A DNA stretch of 64,000 bases from Thermodesulfovibrionales bacterium (GCA_041658585.1 JBAZZX010000005.1:17226-81225); one strand, 5' to 3'. Positions 36,154-46,596 are shown, counted from the stretch's first letter. The notes: generated by a model from the sequence alone, not told the origin. Program-made: numbers and translations.

Positions 36154-36768
36154 CTATACCTTATTTGACATTAATACATTAACCCCGAACTTCTTCAAGT
36201 TCTCGGCCAGGGCGTTTAAGGGAAGCCCCATCACATTTAAAAAATCCCCTTCTATCCTTTTGATCAGAACTGCGCCAAGCCCCTGAATACCGTAAGCGCC
36301 TGCCTTGTCCAAAGGCTCGCCTGACCTGATGTATGCCTCTATCTCATTCGCACTCAGCCTCTTAAAAAATACCTTTGAACTTACCGATCCGGATAGTTCT
36401 TTATTAGAGGCCGTATCAATTATCGTAAATCCCGTGATTACGGAATGTGCTTTTCCGCTAAAAACTCTCAGCATCTCCTTCGCCTGTTCCATGTCACATG
36501 GCTTGCCGAAAATCCTGCCTCTCAATACTACGATAGTGTCGGCCGCTATAACAAGGGCGTTCGCGTGTCTGCGGGCAACTTCCCTTGCCTTTTCGCGCGA
36601 AAGAAATTTGGCGAGATCATGAGGCTTCAGGCCGGTATCCATTTTCTCTTCGCACCTGCTCTTATCGACCCTGAATTTCAGGCCGGTTTTTTCGAGTATT
36701 TCCTTTCTCCTCGGAGAAGCCGACGCAAGTATTATAGTCTTGATATTACGCATATCAGCCTTCGACAA
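36154..36768 (-). CDS. maf: Maf-like nucleoside triphosphate pyrophosphatase
   Basis: ILASASPRRKEIL ... DKAGAYGIQG motifs. Confidence 0.9.
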   Translation of the reverse strand: MSKADMRNIKTIILASASPRRKEILEKTGLKFRVDKSRCEEKMDTGLKPHDLAKFLSREKAREVARRHANALVIAADTIVVLRGRIFGKPCDMEQAKEMLRVFSGKAHSVITGFTIIDTASNKELSGSVSSKVFFKRLSANEIEAYIRSGEPLDKAGAYGIQGLGAVLIKRIEGDFLNVMGLPLNALAENLKKFGVNVLMSNKV

Positions 36769-36821
36769 AACGCATTTTATTCCGATTCACGGGCAGGAGA
36801 AATAATATGCGGGAAGAGCCG

Positions 36822-38999
36822 CTATTTTGATTCATTCATCGCCGGGAGAGTAATAATGAAAGTTGTTCCCGTATCGGGAGATTCCCCCGATATTTTCGTT
36901 TCAAAGGTAATGGCGCCGCCGTATTTTTTTACGATTGCATAAGAAACTGTCAGACCGAGGCCCGTGCCTTCACCGACTTTCTTGGTGGTAGAGAGGGGGT
37001 CGAATATTCTTTGCCTGTGCTCCGGTTTTATCCCCGCCCCCGTATCTGAAATTCTTATCACAACACTCTGTTTTCCATCGCTGTCCATGCGTCTCGTTCT
37101 TATAGTGAGTGTTCCGCCGTCTCTCATGGCTGCAATGGCGTTATTTATGATATTGAATAAGACCTGCTGCAACTCACCGGGATCTCCTCTTACCACGGGT
37201 AAGGTGTCCCCCATATCCCTTACAACCGAGATCTTATGTATAATTAAGGCGTTTCCATTAACGGCAAATACTTCTTCGATACTCCTGTTGATATCAATAT
37301 CCTCTTCTCTGCATTCTTTATCTCTCACAAAGCTCAAAAGATTTGCCACAATCCGCTTGGCATTATTACCTTGCTTCTGTATTGTCTTAAGGATGTCATA
37401 AGATTCCGAATTCTCGGCAGCCGTTTCTAATAATAAATCCGTAAAACCAAGGATTATTGCCAGGGGATTATTGATCTCATGCGCAACCCCTGCAGCAAGT
37501 GTTCCGACGGAAGCCAATTTTTCGGTATGCAACATCTGTTCTTCCAGTTTTTTTCTTTCCGTAATATCAAGGATGGATTCGACGGTCTTTTTTGTCCCGG
37601 GTATGAGTGAGGCGCTTATGAGAACATTCCTGATATGCCCGTTTCTGTCAATAAAACGCGTTTCATAATTTGTCGGTACGGCATTGGGATTAATCCTGAG
37701 CGTATGATGATATTGTTTAATATTGGCGATATCATCTTTGTCAAAAAATTCTATCCAGCTCTTCTTCCTCTCAATCTCTTCTTTTGTGAACCCCGAGAGC
37801 AATTCAAATTTTGTATTGCTCAAAGATATTGTCGTGTCTTCTTCAACAATGATCGTTGCATTACCGGTATTTTCAAAGACCGTCCGATATTTTTCTTCCG
37901 ATTCCCGCAGCGCTTGCCGATTTTCTAAGCGTTCAATGAATTTCCCCAAATGTTTGGCTATTGCATTTAGGAGGTCTCTTTCTTCATTGATGAACGGGCC
38001 TTCATCGGCCTGCGGTTTTTCTTCCAGATAAAAAACTTCCGCTGTTCCGACTTTTTCGCCGTGTACGGAGATGCCGTTTGCCAGCGTCCACACCGTCTCT
38101 CTGAAGTCGGGTGATACGAATTTCCGACTTCCTATCACGACGCGTACACGGGTGATTTCCGGATAACGCCATCCGAAGGGAATACGGTCAACGGTCCCTT
38201 GCAGCAGTTCGTCCAGTGAAATTGTTCTCTTCTCGGCGAGTTCGGAGATGCTGTAAAGGCAATTGATTTCCTTTACTCTTTCCCAGAGATCATATGTGCG
38301 CTCCTTGAGTATTTCTTCCGTACGTTTGCGCTCCATGATTTCTCTTGATATGCTGTCAATCATTTCATTCGTCACTTTTTTGAGAGATTCCAGTAGTTCT
38401 ATGTTCGACCCCCCGGATAACCGGGCATCTAACTCACCGCTTGTGACCTTGTGTAAAATATCGAAGTGCTCGGCAAGTTCTATTGCAAATTCATGGGACT
38501 GATTAACGATTTCCCCTATTTCCTCTGCCGTTACATTAACTATGTGTTTTAATTTGCCGATCAATTCAATGTCTGATTGTTCCGGGATCCTCACGGTAGG
38601 GTCTCCTGAAGCAATCTTTTTCAACGCCTCAAAGACTTCGGAAAGCCCGATCGCCAACTCCATGCTCATATCCTGAAGCTCCCTGTCCCTGTCGCCGATA
38701 ATCTTGCTGTATTCCTTAAATTGTTTATCTACAATTTTCAGGGTTGCTTTCATGGCAGCGACATCCTCGTTTGCTTTTAGGACCTTACATCCGAGACACA
38801 TCTCGATCTTGTCTAAAACCTTCTCTTGAATCTCGTTTCTGCAGTGAGTTCCTGAAAAAACCCAGCACTTGTGGTTTCGTGATTTATAGGCGGGACATTG
38901 CGTTTCTTCACAATTAAATACTTCCCAGCATTTAATCGTCGGGGTCTTCACTGCTTTCGCTATTGCCTTATTCCCCTGTTTTTCCCTTTTCATTTTCAA
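36822..38999 (-). CDS. sensor histidine kinase with N-terminal Cys-rich two-CW-type domain, tandem helical modules, PAS and HisKA/HATPase
   Basis: N-terminus CWEVFNCEETQCPAYKSRNHKCWVFSGTHCRN...CLGCKV. Duplicated SG(D/E)..R......IEL(I/L)..LK..(V/T)N modules. PAS (EEKYRTVFENTGNAT). H-box AGVAHEINNPL. G-box GTGLGL. Confidence 0.85.
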   Translation of the reverse strand: MKMKREKQGNKAIAKAVKTPTIKCWEVFNCEETQCPAYKSRNHKCWVFSGTHCRNEIQEKVLDKIEMCLGCKVLKANEDVAAMKATLKIVDKQFKEYSKIIGDRDRELQDMSMELAIGLSEVFEALKKIASGDPTVRIPEQSDIELIGKLKHIVNVTAEEIGEIVNQSHEFAIELAEHFDILHKVTSGELDARLSGGSNIELLESLKKVTNEMIDSISREIMERKRTEEILKERTYDLWERVKEINCLYSISELAEKRTISLDELLQGTVDRIPFGWRYPEITRVRVVIGSRKFVSPDFRETVWTLANGISVHGEKVGTAEVFYLEEKPQADEGPFINEERDLLNAIAKHLGKFIERLENRQALRESEEKYRTVFENTGNATIIVEEDTTISLSNTKFELLSGFTKEEIERKKSWIEFFDKDDIANIKQYHHTLRINPNAVPTNYETRFIDRNGHIRNVLISASLIPGTKKTVESILDITERKKLEEQMLHTEKLASVGTLAAGVAHEINNPLAIILGFTDLLLETAAENSESYDILKTIQKQGNNAKRIVANLLSFVRDKECREEDIDINRSIEEVFAVNGNALIIHKISVVRDMGDTLPVVRGDPGELQQVLFNIINNAIAAMRDGGTLTIRTRRMDSDGKQSVVIRISDTGAGIKPEHRQRIFDPLSTTKKVGEGTGLGLTVSYAIVKKYGGAITFETKISGESPDTGTTFIITLPAMNESK

Positions 39000-39147
39000 A
39001 ACCTACATAAAGCGGTTTCACCGGATTGCAGTTTTTGGTCTAAACATGCTTCCCGGTTTCATCTTTTGATTTTAGACTAATCGCATAAAATTGTCTAAAT
39101 TATTTTCCCTGCAGATTATATTTTAAGCCGATATAACGTTCTTGATA

Positions 39148-40338
39148 TTATACGTATTGGCCTGCAACAAACCCCGAGGACCAGGCCCATTGAAGGTTAT
39201 ATCCGCCAAGCCGGCCTGCAACATCGATAACCTCGCCCACAAAATACAGGCCGGGGACCTTCTTTGATTCCATAGTCTTGGATGACAGTTCGCCGGTATC
39301 GATACCGCCGGCTGTAATCTCCGCCTTTCTATAGCCCTCGGTGCCTTCAGGTATTATCTTCCAGTGACGTATCTGATGCGCTATATCCTTGAGTTCCTTT
39401 TCCGTATACCGGCATACAGGCTTTGACGGGGTATATAACGCACACCACGAGCGGCTGAATCTCTTCGGGAGATATTCCGATAGAAGGTTGTCCAGCTCGA
39501 TCCTGCTTTTGCGCTTCGACATGAAGAGTTCATAGGCGTTTCTGTCAGGCATCAGATCGATAATGATTTCATCCCCGCGGTCCAGATAAGATGAGACCTG
39601 GAGAATTGCAGGACCGCTTAGTCCGCGGTGGGTAAAAAGGACTTCTCCCCGGAACTGTCCGGCTTTGCATCCGACAACGGCGTCAAATGAAACGCCGCTT
39701 AAACCGCTGAACTTTTCGAGATCATGCCGGTTGAATATGAGCGGGACCAATGCCGGCTTCAGTTGCGTAACCTTCAGGCCGAACCTCCGGGCTGTCCGGA
39801 ATCCCATATCCGTTGCCCCAAGTTCAGGATACGATAGACCGCCCGTTGCAATAACAAGCGCGCTCGCTTCTATCGTATTGAAATTTGTTGAGATGTAAAA
39901 GTGTTCCGATTTCTTTATGCTTCCGACCCTGCAATTCAGGAGTATTTCAGCGCCGGCATTGCGGCATTCCTCATTGAGCATCCGGATGATCTCCCCTGAT
40001 GTCCCTCTGCAAAAAAGTTGCCCTTTCCCCTTCTCGTAAAACTCTATCCCGTGCTTTTCTATCATAGCTATGAAATCGTGGGAAGTGAAACGCGCGAGCG
40101 CGGATTTGCAGAAATGGGGATTTGCGGACAGGTAATTTTCGGGCCCCGGATTTATGTTTGTAAAATTACAGCGCCCGCCCCCCGAAACCCTGATCTTCTT
40201 CCCCATCTTTTCCATATGCTCAAGGACAAGGACCGAGCGGTTCCTTTTGCCTGCCTCTACCGCACACATAAGCCCCGCAGCGCCCGCCCCTATAATGACG
40301 ATGTCCTTTTTAATAAGCCGTTTATTGTCCCGCTCCAT
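39148..40338 (-). CDS. NAD(P)/FAD-dependent oxidoreductase, HI0933/YhiN (BaiN-like) family
   Basis: IIGAGAAGLMCA dinucleotide fold, SGGGRCNFTN, C-terminal GGYNLQWAWSSG. Confidence 0.85.
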   Translation of the reverse strand: MERDNKRLIKKDIVIIGAGAAGLMCAVEAGKRNRSVLVLEHMEKMGKKIRVSGGGRCNFTNINPGPENYLSANPHFCKSALARFTSHDFIAMIEKHGIEFYEKGKGQLFCRGTSGEIIRMLNEECRNAGAEILLNCRVGSIKKSEHFYISTNFNTIEASALVIATGGLSYPELGATDMGFRTARRFGLKVTQLKPALVPLIFNRHDLEKFSGLSGVSFDAVVGCKAGQFRGEVLFTHRGLSGPAILQVSSYLDRGDEIIIDLMPDRNAYELFMSKRKSRIELDNLLSEYLPKRFSRSWCALYTPSKPVCRYTEKELKDIAHQIRHWKIIPEGTEGYRKAEITAGGIDTGELSSKTMESKKVPGLYFVGEVIDVAGRLGGYNLQWAWSSGFVAGQYV

Positions 40339-40384
40339 TGCAGCTTTTTCTTATGGCAGAATTATGATGGGGGCGACCTTTTAG

Positions 40385-42202
40385 CTATACCTCAACAGGT
40401 CTTGCCGATACTGCTCCGTTGATGAGGGCGTCGATTTCCGGTCCGTCCAGGGTCTCTTTTTCGAGGAGCGTATTTGCAAAGACTTCGAGCAAATCGCGGT
40501 TTTCGGTGAGAAGGTCTTTCGCGTTTTTATAAGCATCAAAAACAATACTCTTGACCTCTTCATCTATATCAACGGCTGTTTTCTCGCTGTAATCCTTATG
40601 TCTTGCTATCTCTCTGCCGAGGAATATCTGTTCTTCCTTTTTACCGAAGGTAAGAGGACCAAGCTTGTCCGACATACCCCACTCGGTAACCATCTTCCTT
40701 GCAAGATCGGTTGCGCGCTCAAGGTCGTTGCCGGCGCCGGTAGTCATATGCTGCAGGGCTAACTCCTCTGCCGCCCTGCCTCCCATAAGTACGGCAAGGG
40801 CTTTCATGAGATAGTCTTTAGAATAGGTATATCTGTCGTCTATGGGTAACTGTTGCGTTACTCCGAGGGCCCTCCCTCTCGGTATAATGCTCACTTTATG
40901 CAGCGGGTCGGTGCCGGGCGTTAGTTGCGCAACAAGGGCATGGCCTGCTTCATGATATGCGGTATTTTTCTTCTCCGTATCGCTTATAATCATGCTCTTT
41001 CTCTCGACGCCCATCAGCACCTTGTCCTTTGCCGCCTCAAAATCGGATTTCTCCACGCTGGCTTTCCCTGTCCTTGCAGCAAGAAGGGCGGCCTCATTAA
41101 CAAGGTTTTCAAGATCGGCGCCGGAGAAACCGGGTGTCCCTCGGGCTATCTCATCAAGATTTACTTTTTCATCAATAGGTTTATTCCTTGTATGCACTTT
41201 GAGTATCTCGAGCCGTCCCTTTACATCAGGCTGTGGCACTACAACCTGCCGGTCAAACCTGCCGGGTCTTAATAATGCCGGGTCAAGGACGTCCGGTCTG
41301 TTGGTGGCTGCAATAATTATAACCCCGGCATTGGCCTCAAACCCGTCCATTTCTACAAGGAGTTGATTCAGGGTCTGTTCACGCTCGTCATGACCGCCGC
41401 CAAGACCCGCGCCCCGGTGACGGCCTACCGCATCGATCTCATCAATAAAGATGATACAGGGCGAACTTTTCTTTGCCTGCTCAAAAAGGTCCCTGACCCT
41501 CGAAGCGCCGACTCCTACAAACATCTCCACAAAGTCGGAGCCTGATATGGAAAAGAAAGGCACTCCGGCCTCGCCTGCTATAGCCCTTGCCAGCAGGGTT
41601 TTGCCTGTTCCGGGAGCGCCGACCAGCAAAACACCTTTCGGAAGCTTGCCTCCAAGCTTCTGGAATTTCTGGGGGTCTTTCAGGAAATCGATGATCTCCT
41701 GGACCTCTGCTTTTGCTTCATCTATGCCCGCAACATCGGCAAAGGTTATCTTTACCGATTTTTCAGAAACCAGTTTTGCCTTGGCCTTCCCAAATGACAA
41801 CGCCTTATTGCCCCCTGTCTGCATCTGCCGCATAAAGAAAACCCAGATGACGACAAGGAATATAATGGGTCCCCAGGAGAAGAACAGGTTCCAATACCAG
41901 GGATTCTGCTCTTCAGGCTTAACAGTAATTTTTACATCCTGGTGCCTCAATGAGGTTACAAGGTCGGGATATTCTGCGGAAAATGTCCTGAATTTCTTGC
42001 CGTTTTTTAATTGGCCGTTTATGATGCTGCCCTTTATGGTCACATCTTCGACCTCGCCGGCCTCAAGCTTTGTCATAAAATCGGAAAAAATAAGCTCCTC
42101 TTCACCTTTTTTGGGAACGTTTAAAAGGTTAAAGAGCGCGATCATCATGACCCCGATTACCAGCCAGATGATAAGGCTTTTGTATGCGTTTAATTTATTC
42201 AT
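40385..42202 (-). CDS. ftsH: ATP-dependent zinc metalloprotease FtsH
   Basis: [21 protein letters not shown] region, HEAGHA zinc motif, N-terminal TM helices. Confidence 0.97.
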   Translation of the reverse strand: MNKLNAYKSLIIWLVIGVMMIALFNLLNVPKKGEEELIFSDFMTKLEAGEVEDVTIKGSIINGQLKNGKKFRTFSAEYPDLVTSLRHQDVKITVKPEEQNPWYWNLFFSWGPIIFLVVIWVFFMRQMQTGGNKALSFGKAKAKLVSEKSVKITFADVAGIDEAKAEVQEIIDFLKDPQKFQKLGGKLPKGVLLVGAPGTGKTLLARAIAGEAGVPFFSISGSDFVEMFVGVGASRVRDLFEQAKKSSPCIIFIDEIDAVGRHRGAGLGGGHDEREQTLNQLLVEMDGFEANAGVIIIAATNRPDVLDPALLRPGRFDRQVVVPQPDVKGRLEILKVHTRNKPIDEKVNLDEIARGTPGFSGADLENLVNEAALLAARTGKASVEKSDFEAAKDKVLMGVERKSMIISDTEKKNTAYHEAGHALVAQLTPGTDPLHKVSIIPRGRALGVTQQLPIDDRYTYSKDYLMKALAVLMGGRAAEELALQHMTTGAGNDLERATDLARKMVTEWGMSDKLGPLTFGKKEEQIFLGREIARHKDYSEKTAVDIDEEVKSIVFDAYKNAKDLLTENRDLLEVFANTLLEKETLDGPEIDALINGAVSARPVEV

Positions 42203-42244
42203 GCCGACTTTTATTTTAGCATATTATAAGGTCTTTAATTGAAA

Positions 42245-42976
42245 TTAGTAGCTAAGCACATCGCCTTCTATCAATTTTTTCTGGATCTGTATCAGGTCAT
42301 TGATGCCTGCTTCGGCAAGTTTAATGAGGCTGTCTAAGGTTTCTCTGGAAAAAGGCAGCCCTTCAGCTGTTCCCTGTACCTCGACAAATTTACCGGTTCC
42401 CGTCATAACGACATTCATGTCCACTTCAGCGGCTGAATCCTCGACATAACAGAGGTCTATCATCGGCTCGCCGCGGACGACTCCGACGCTGATTGCGGCA
42501 AGATAATCCTTAAGGGGCGTCTTTTCGATAAGCCCGTTTCCGAGGGCGTATTTCAAGGCGTCTGCCAGACAGATAAAAGCGCCGGTTATCGATGCGGTTC
42601 TTGTGCCTCCGTCCGCCTGAAGCACGTCGCAGTCTATCCATATAGTCCTCTCCCCGAGACCCGTCAAATCTACGACTGACCGGAGCGCCCTGCCGATGAG
42701 CCTCTGGATCTCATGGGTCCTGCCGCTGATCTTTCCGGAAGTGGACTCCCTGAAAGTCCTGGTTTGAGTGGCCCTCGGAAGCATTGAGTACTCCGCCGTA
42801 ATCCATCCTTTTTTCTGGTCTCTCAGGAAAGGCGGCACTCTGTCCTCAATAGTGGCAGTACATATCACCTTTGTGTTGCCCATCGAAATTAAAACGGACC
42901 CTTCGGCAGTTTCCATGAAATTCCTCTGGATTTTTATTTTCCTTATTTCATTGTTTTTTCTTGCATCCGGTCTCAT
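42245..42976 (-). CDS. rph: ribonuclease PH
   Basis: [15 protein letters not shown]..., [34 protein letters not shown]. Confidence 0.95.
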   Translation of the reverse strand: MRPDARKNNEIRKIKIQRNFMETAEGSVLISMGNTKVICTATIEDRVPPFLRDQKKGWITAEYSMLPRATQTRTFRESTSGKISGRTHEIQRLIGRALRSVVDLTGLGERTIWIDCDVLQADGGTRTASITGAFICLADALKYALGNGLIEKTPLKDYLAAISVGVVRGEPMIDLCYVEDSAAEVDMNVVMTGTGKFVEVQGTAEGLPFSRETLDSLIKLAEAGINDLIQIQKKLIEGDVLSY

Positions 42977-43804
42977 TTAGCCTCCTACCTCTATTTTTTC
43001 TATATTTTCAATTTTTTGTCCAAGAAATTTCTCGCTCACTTTCAAAAACCTCTCGGTAGAATCGGTTACAAAGAATTCTCTTAACGGGACCCCTTTTTGT
43101 TTTCTATTCAGACCCAGCATCTCAAGGGTTGTCTTTATCTCATAAGCGGTTTCAATGGCGGAATCTATCAGCCTGACCCCTCCACCCATAACTTCAGCTA
43201 TGACCTTTTTCAGCAAAGGATAATGTGTGCATCCAAGGACAACCGTATCTACCCCTTTGTCTTTTAAACTGTCGAGATACTCTCTAACTATCAGGGTGGC
43301 AATAGTCCCCTCGGTCCAGCCCTCTTCAACCAGCGGAACAAAAAGGGGACAGGCAAGACTAAAGACGTCTATATTGCCGTCAAGGGCCTGAATCGCCTTT
43401 GTATAAGCATTGCTTTTGATCGTGGCTTCAGTGCCGATAACGCCGACCCTTCCGTTCTTTGTAACTTTTACGGCAGCCTTTGCCCCGGGTTCAATCACCC
43501 CAATAACCGGAATGGAGACCCTGCTCTTTATTGCCTCGAGACTCACTGATGAAGCCGTATTGCAGGCGATCACCATCAGCTTAATGTTTTTTGATGTTAG
43601 GAATCCGGTATTTTCAAAAGAATATCTAAGCACGGTTTCAGGCGATCTTATACCGTAAGGCACCCTGGCCGTATCTCCAAGATAAACGGTTTTTTCATCC
43701 GGAGTCACCTCTATTATCTCTTTCAGGACGGTAAGTCCGCCTATTCCGGAATCAAATACGCCGATCGGTCTGTCTTTCATGTTTTCCATGCAGTCCTTCT
43801 TCAA
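42977..43804 (-). CDS. murI: glutamate racemase
   Basis: IGVFDSGIGGLTV, ACNTAS and GCTHYP catalytic-Cys motifs. Confidence 0.93.
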   Translation of the reverse strand: MKKDCMENMKDRPIGVFDSGIGGLTVLKEIIEVTPDEKTVYLGDTARVPYGIRSPETVLRYSFENTGFLTSKNIKLMVIACNTASSVSLEAIKSRVSIPVIGVIEPGAKAAVKVTKNGRVGVIGTEATIKSNAYTKAIQALDGNIDVFSLACPLFVPLVEEGWTEGTIATLIVREYLDSLKDKGVDTVVLGCTHYPLLKKVIAEVMGGGVRLIDSAIETAYEIKTTLEMLGLNRKQKGVPLREFFVTDSTERFLKVSEKFLGQKIENIEKIEVGG

Positions 43805-44385
43805 TTTAAATCGGATGAAACAATATCTTTGAGAGGATACAAAAGATAGAGATGGCCTCCGAGGGTTTCTATCTCTTTGCCTTCTATCAGTATTTTCACG
43901 TCCAGTATGTCTTCCACATTCGCAATAATGCTTTGATATAAGCCTTTCAGCAAAAGAAATTCCGTAAAAGCATCCCCCCTGAAATTCCTTCTGAAATCGT
44001 CCGACAAGTCCACATACAATATTCTGTCTGCGCCTTTATAGATACCGAGGATTTTCGTGTCTTTGGGAATACCCGAGGATTTTGTATCTATAGGGCCCTT
44101 CAGATATTGTTCCACCGCCGCCTCTGCAATTGCCATCGGAACATTCCTTCTCGGCAGTCTTCTCTCTTCGACCTGCAAATGCTCTTTGACAGGGTAATAA
44201 ATCCTTAAAGAAAAAAGGTCTTCAGGCTTCTGCAATAAGCCTTCGCCTTCCGCCGGCGTCTTCCCGGTTACAACAATCTTTGAGAAATAGAAATATCCTC
44301 CTGCAACACCGCCCAGAAAAAGACACACCAGCAAAACTATCCCCAGTATCTTTTTGGTATTCATCTTACTGTCCATAAACGGCAA
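43801..44385 (-). CDS. GerMN domain-containing membrane-anchored protein
   Basis: N-terminal TM helix. ..ILYVDLSDDFRRNF...LLLKGLYQSIIANV.. GerM-like pattern. Translationally coupled with the amidase and murI genes. Confidence 0.7.
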   Translation of the reverse strand: MPFMDSKMNTKKILGIVLLVCLFLGGVAGGYFYFSKIVVTGKTPAEGEGLLQKPEDLFSLRIYYPVKEHLQVEERRLPRRNVPMAIAEAAVEQYLKGPIDTKSSGIPKDTKILGIYKGADRILYVDLSDDFRRNFRGDAFTEFLLLKGLYQSIIANVEDILDVKILIEGKEIETLGGHLYLLYPLKDIVSSDLN

Positions 44386-45304
44386 GCCCTTTTATGATTG
44401 CGTTAACCAGTTTTGTCTTCATCTGCCGGTCGGACCCTGGAGAAGGGATCTCGATAAGGACGGAAGCCGCGCTTACGGAATTGAGGATCGGTAGTGACAT
44501 CTCCCTTCGCACTACATCAAGGTTAAATTCATCTTTAATAGCTTTGCCGAGACTATCTGCAAGGGCTTTGCTTTTAGCGATATATTTTTTCTGTCTCATG
44601 GCAAGGCTAAAGGCGTCCGTCATTTCGTTTGTGCCCTGCTCTTCAAGCCTGGAAATATAAATAGCGAAGTTCTCCGAGGTTGAACAATGCAGACTTATAA
44701 ATACATCGGGCTTTTTCTGATTTGCAAAATTGATCCTCTCCGCAATCGGCATGTGCTGGTCGGCCTTACGCACAAGAAAAACCTTTTTGCCTTTCTTTGA
44801 CAAAGAAGCTCCGAGTTCTTTTGCAACCTCAAGATTCAGATCTTTTTCATTTATATCGTTGAACGGCATTCCAAAGTCATATCCGCCATGTCCTGCATCT
44901 ATGACAAAGGCATTTGAAAGAATAATTGCCGTTTGTTTGTCGGCATGTATATCCGGACCCTGGATGTCAAAAACGATCCTTGCAGGCGATGCAAGCCGGA
45001 ACGACTTTATCTCGCCTTTTTCTTTCAGGGTGATGGATAGTGATTTTTCAGCCTGCACAGCCTCAAAGGGTATAACTCCGGGTAAATTTAAATGAAACAC
45101 TTCCGGGAAATCAATCTTTATATGAGATGCCGAGACGGCTGCCTGTGTTTTGCCGATAACTAAATCTTCTCCCTCAAGTACAATCCGCATGGCGCCTTCC
45201 TGTTTACTGTACTTTAAGAAAACCTCGGTCTTTTTCTGGGCGGCAACAGGAAAGGCAAAGAAGAGCGTTACAACTATTAATATCGATATTTTTTTCAACA
45301 GCAC
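44366..45304 (-). CDS. N-acetylmuramoyl-L-alanine amidase (AMIN + Amidase_3)
   Basis: GTG start, signal peptide, VIDAGHGGYDFG and ISLHCS motifs. Confidence 0.85.
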   Translation of the reverse strand: MLLKKISILIVVTLFFAFPVAAQKKTEVFLKYSKQEGAMRIVLEGEDLVIGKTQAAVSASHIKIDFPEVFHLNLPGVIPFEAVQAEKSLSITLKEKGEIKSFRLASPARIVFDIQGPDIHADKQTAIILSNAFVIDAGHGGYDFGMPFNDINEKDLNLEVAKELGASLSKKGKKVFLVRKADQHMPIAERINFANQKKPDVFISLHCSTSENFAIYISRLEEQGTNEMTDAFSLAMRQKKYIAKSKALADSLGKAIKDEFNLDVVRREMSLPILNSVSAASVLIEIPSPGSDRQMKTKLVNAIIKGLAVYGQ

Positions 45305-45305
45305 G

Positions 45306-45715
45306 TTATCTTACCGTTGTCTTTATCTCAAATTTCGGCGGACTCATAATAGTCTTCTTGACGGCGCACTGGTCCGCCACTTTAATCAGGGCCGAATGAT
45401 ATTTTTCAGGAAAAGACGGCGGGACTATGATTTCGAGGACGATCTTTTCAAGGTATGATTTGTCGTCTTTCACCTTTATATATTCAAGACGCTGGATAAT
45501 CGAAATGTTTTCCGTGGGGATCTTTCGTTTCTCGCAAAAGCCGAGTATATAGACGCCCGCACAGGTTCCTATTGAAGCAAGAAAATATTCAAACGGCGAG
45601 GGAGCCGACCCTTCGCCGCCATATTTAGGCGGCTGGTCCGTATGAACGGTAAACCCGTTAATCTCCGCGTTTACTTTTTGACCTCCCGGGAATGTAATCT
45701 TGATTTCTATAGCAT
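45306..45715 (-). pseudogene. OsmC-family peroxiredoxin-like gene whose ATG is out of frame by one base
   Basis: The minus-strand frame 45713..45306 reads AIEIKITFPGGQKVNAEINGFTVHTDQPPKYGGEGSAPSPFEYFLASIGTCAGVY...ADQCAVKKTIMSPPKFEIKTTVR*, which is OsmC/Ohr-like with both Cys residues. The only start (AAGGAGG-ATG at 45715-45713) is in the +1 frame and runs into TAG after 2 codons. This is why the gene is missing from the ORF track. Confidence 0.6.
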
Positions 45716-45809
45716 CCTCCTTTAATTTATACTAAACATTCCAGGCATTAGAAGGGTTTTTCAGCGCGTCTTTCACTGTATTTAGAGTCTGTGTATTAAG
45801 TCGTGATTT

Positions 45810-45881
45810 GTCATCCTCCGGCTTGACCGGGGGATCCAAAACCCATTGAAAAACCTGGATTCCCGCCTTCGCGAGAATGAC
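45810..45881. repeat. REP-like compound palindrome (two inverted ~26-nt GC-rich hairpin units)
   Basis: GTCATCCTCCGGCTTGACCGGGGGATCC ... GGATTCCCGCCTTCGCGAGAATGAC. The two units are homologous in inverted orientation and each can form its own stem. Confidence 0.5.
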
Positions 45882-45915
45882 GAATTCTTTCAGAATCATA
45901 CGTTATACACATACA

Positions 45916-46596
45916 TTATTTAGCCATGTAACTATTAAACAGACCTTTAGCCGCTTTCTTTGCTTCGGAACACCCCTTCTCTTTAAGCAATTTTAGCATA
46001 TTTTCCGATGCAACCGCCTTCAGAAAACCGGCCCTCTTTTTTCCGTCCTTAATCATGGTCATGGCCTGTGCGCGAATTTTCTGCAATGTCTTCAGGTAGC
46101 TGGAGAATTCGCATCCATAGATTTTTTCAAGTTCTTTTCTTAATGACCTTGCAAGGGCCGGGCTGACGCCGCCGGTCGAGATTGCGATTGTTAAAGGCCC
46201 CCTTTGCATTGAAGAAGGCACAATGAAGTTGCATAATTTCGGGACGTCCACAACGTTCACAAGGCAGGGAGCATCACGCGAAACCCTTTCATTCACGTCC
46301 CGGTCATCCGTTGCCGCAATGACAAGGAACGCTTCTTTCAGGTCGCTTTTTCGGTATGCGCGGCAGATATGGCGCAGCCTGCCTTTTTGCTTTTCCCGCT
46401 CAATACGCTTTGTAATCCCGGGGCTTACAACCGTGACTTTTGCGCCCGTATCGAGCAGGCCCAAAATTTTCCTTTCGGCAATCTTTCCGCCGCCGACAAT
46501 AACGGTTTTTTTATTTTCGAGGTCTATAAATGCGGGATAATAGGTGTTACAGGCTTTCGCTTTTACCGCTTTCGGGCCCTGTTTCTTATCCTTCAC
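45916..46596 (-). CDS. precorrin-2 dehydrogenase / sirohydrochlorin ferrochelatase (CysG N-terminal type)
   Basis: YYPAFIDLENKKTVIVGGGKIAERKILGLLDTGAKVTVVSP Rossmann pattern of SirC/Met8-type enzymes. Confidence 0.8.
   Translation of the reverse strand: MKDKKQGPKAVKAKACNTYYPAFIDLENKKTVIVGGGKIAERKILGLLDTGAKVTVVSPGITKRIEREKQKGRLRHICRAYRKSDLKEAFLVIAATDDRDVNERVSRDAPCLVNVVDVPKLCNFIVPSSMQRGPLTIAISTGGVSPALARSLRKELEKIYGCEFSSYLKTLQKIRAQAMTMIKDGKKRAGFLKAVASENMLKLLKEKGCSEAKKAAKGLFNSYMAK

Noticed and set aside
41451-42242. 263-aa ORF antisense to ftsH. Similar long antisense ORFs occur at 61572-62324, 62597-63229, 60943-61530, 9086-9658 and 46530-47114.
   Set aside because: All overlap well-supported genes (ftsH, polA, LOG, rho, bamD) on the other strand and have no recognisable domains. 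I treat them as shadow ORFs.
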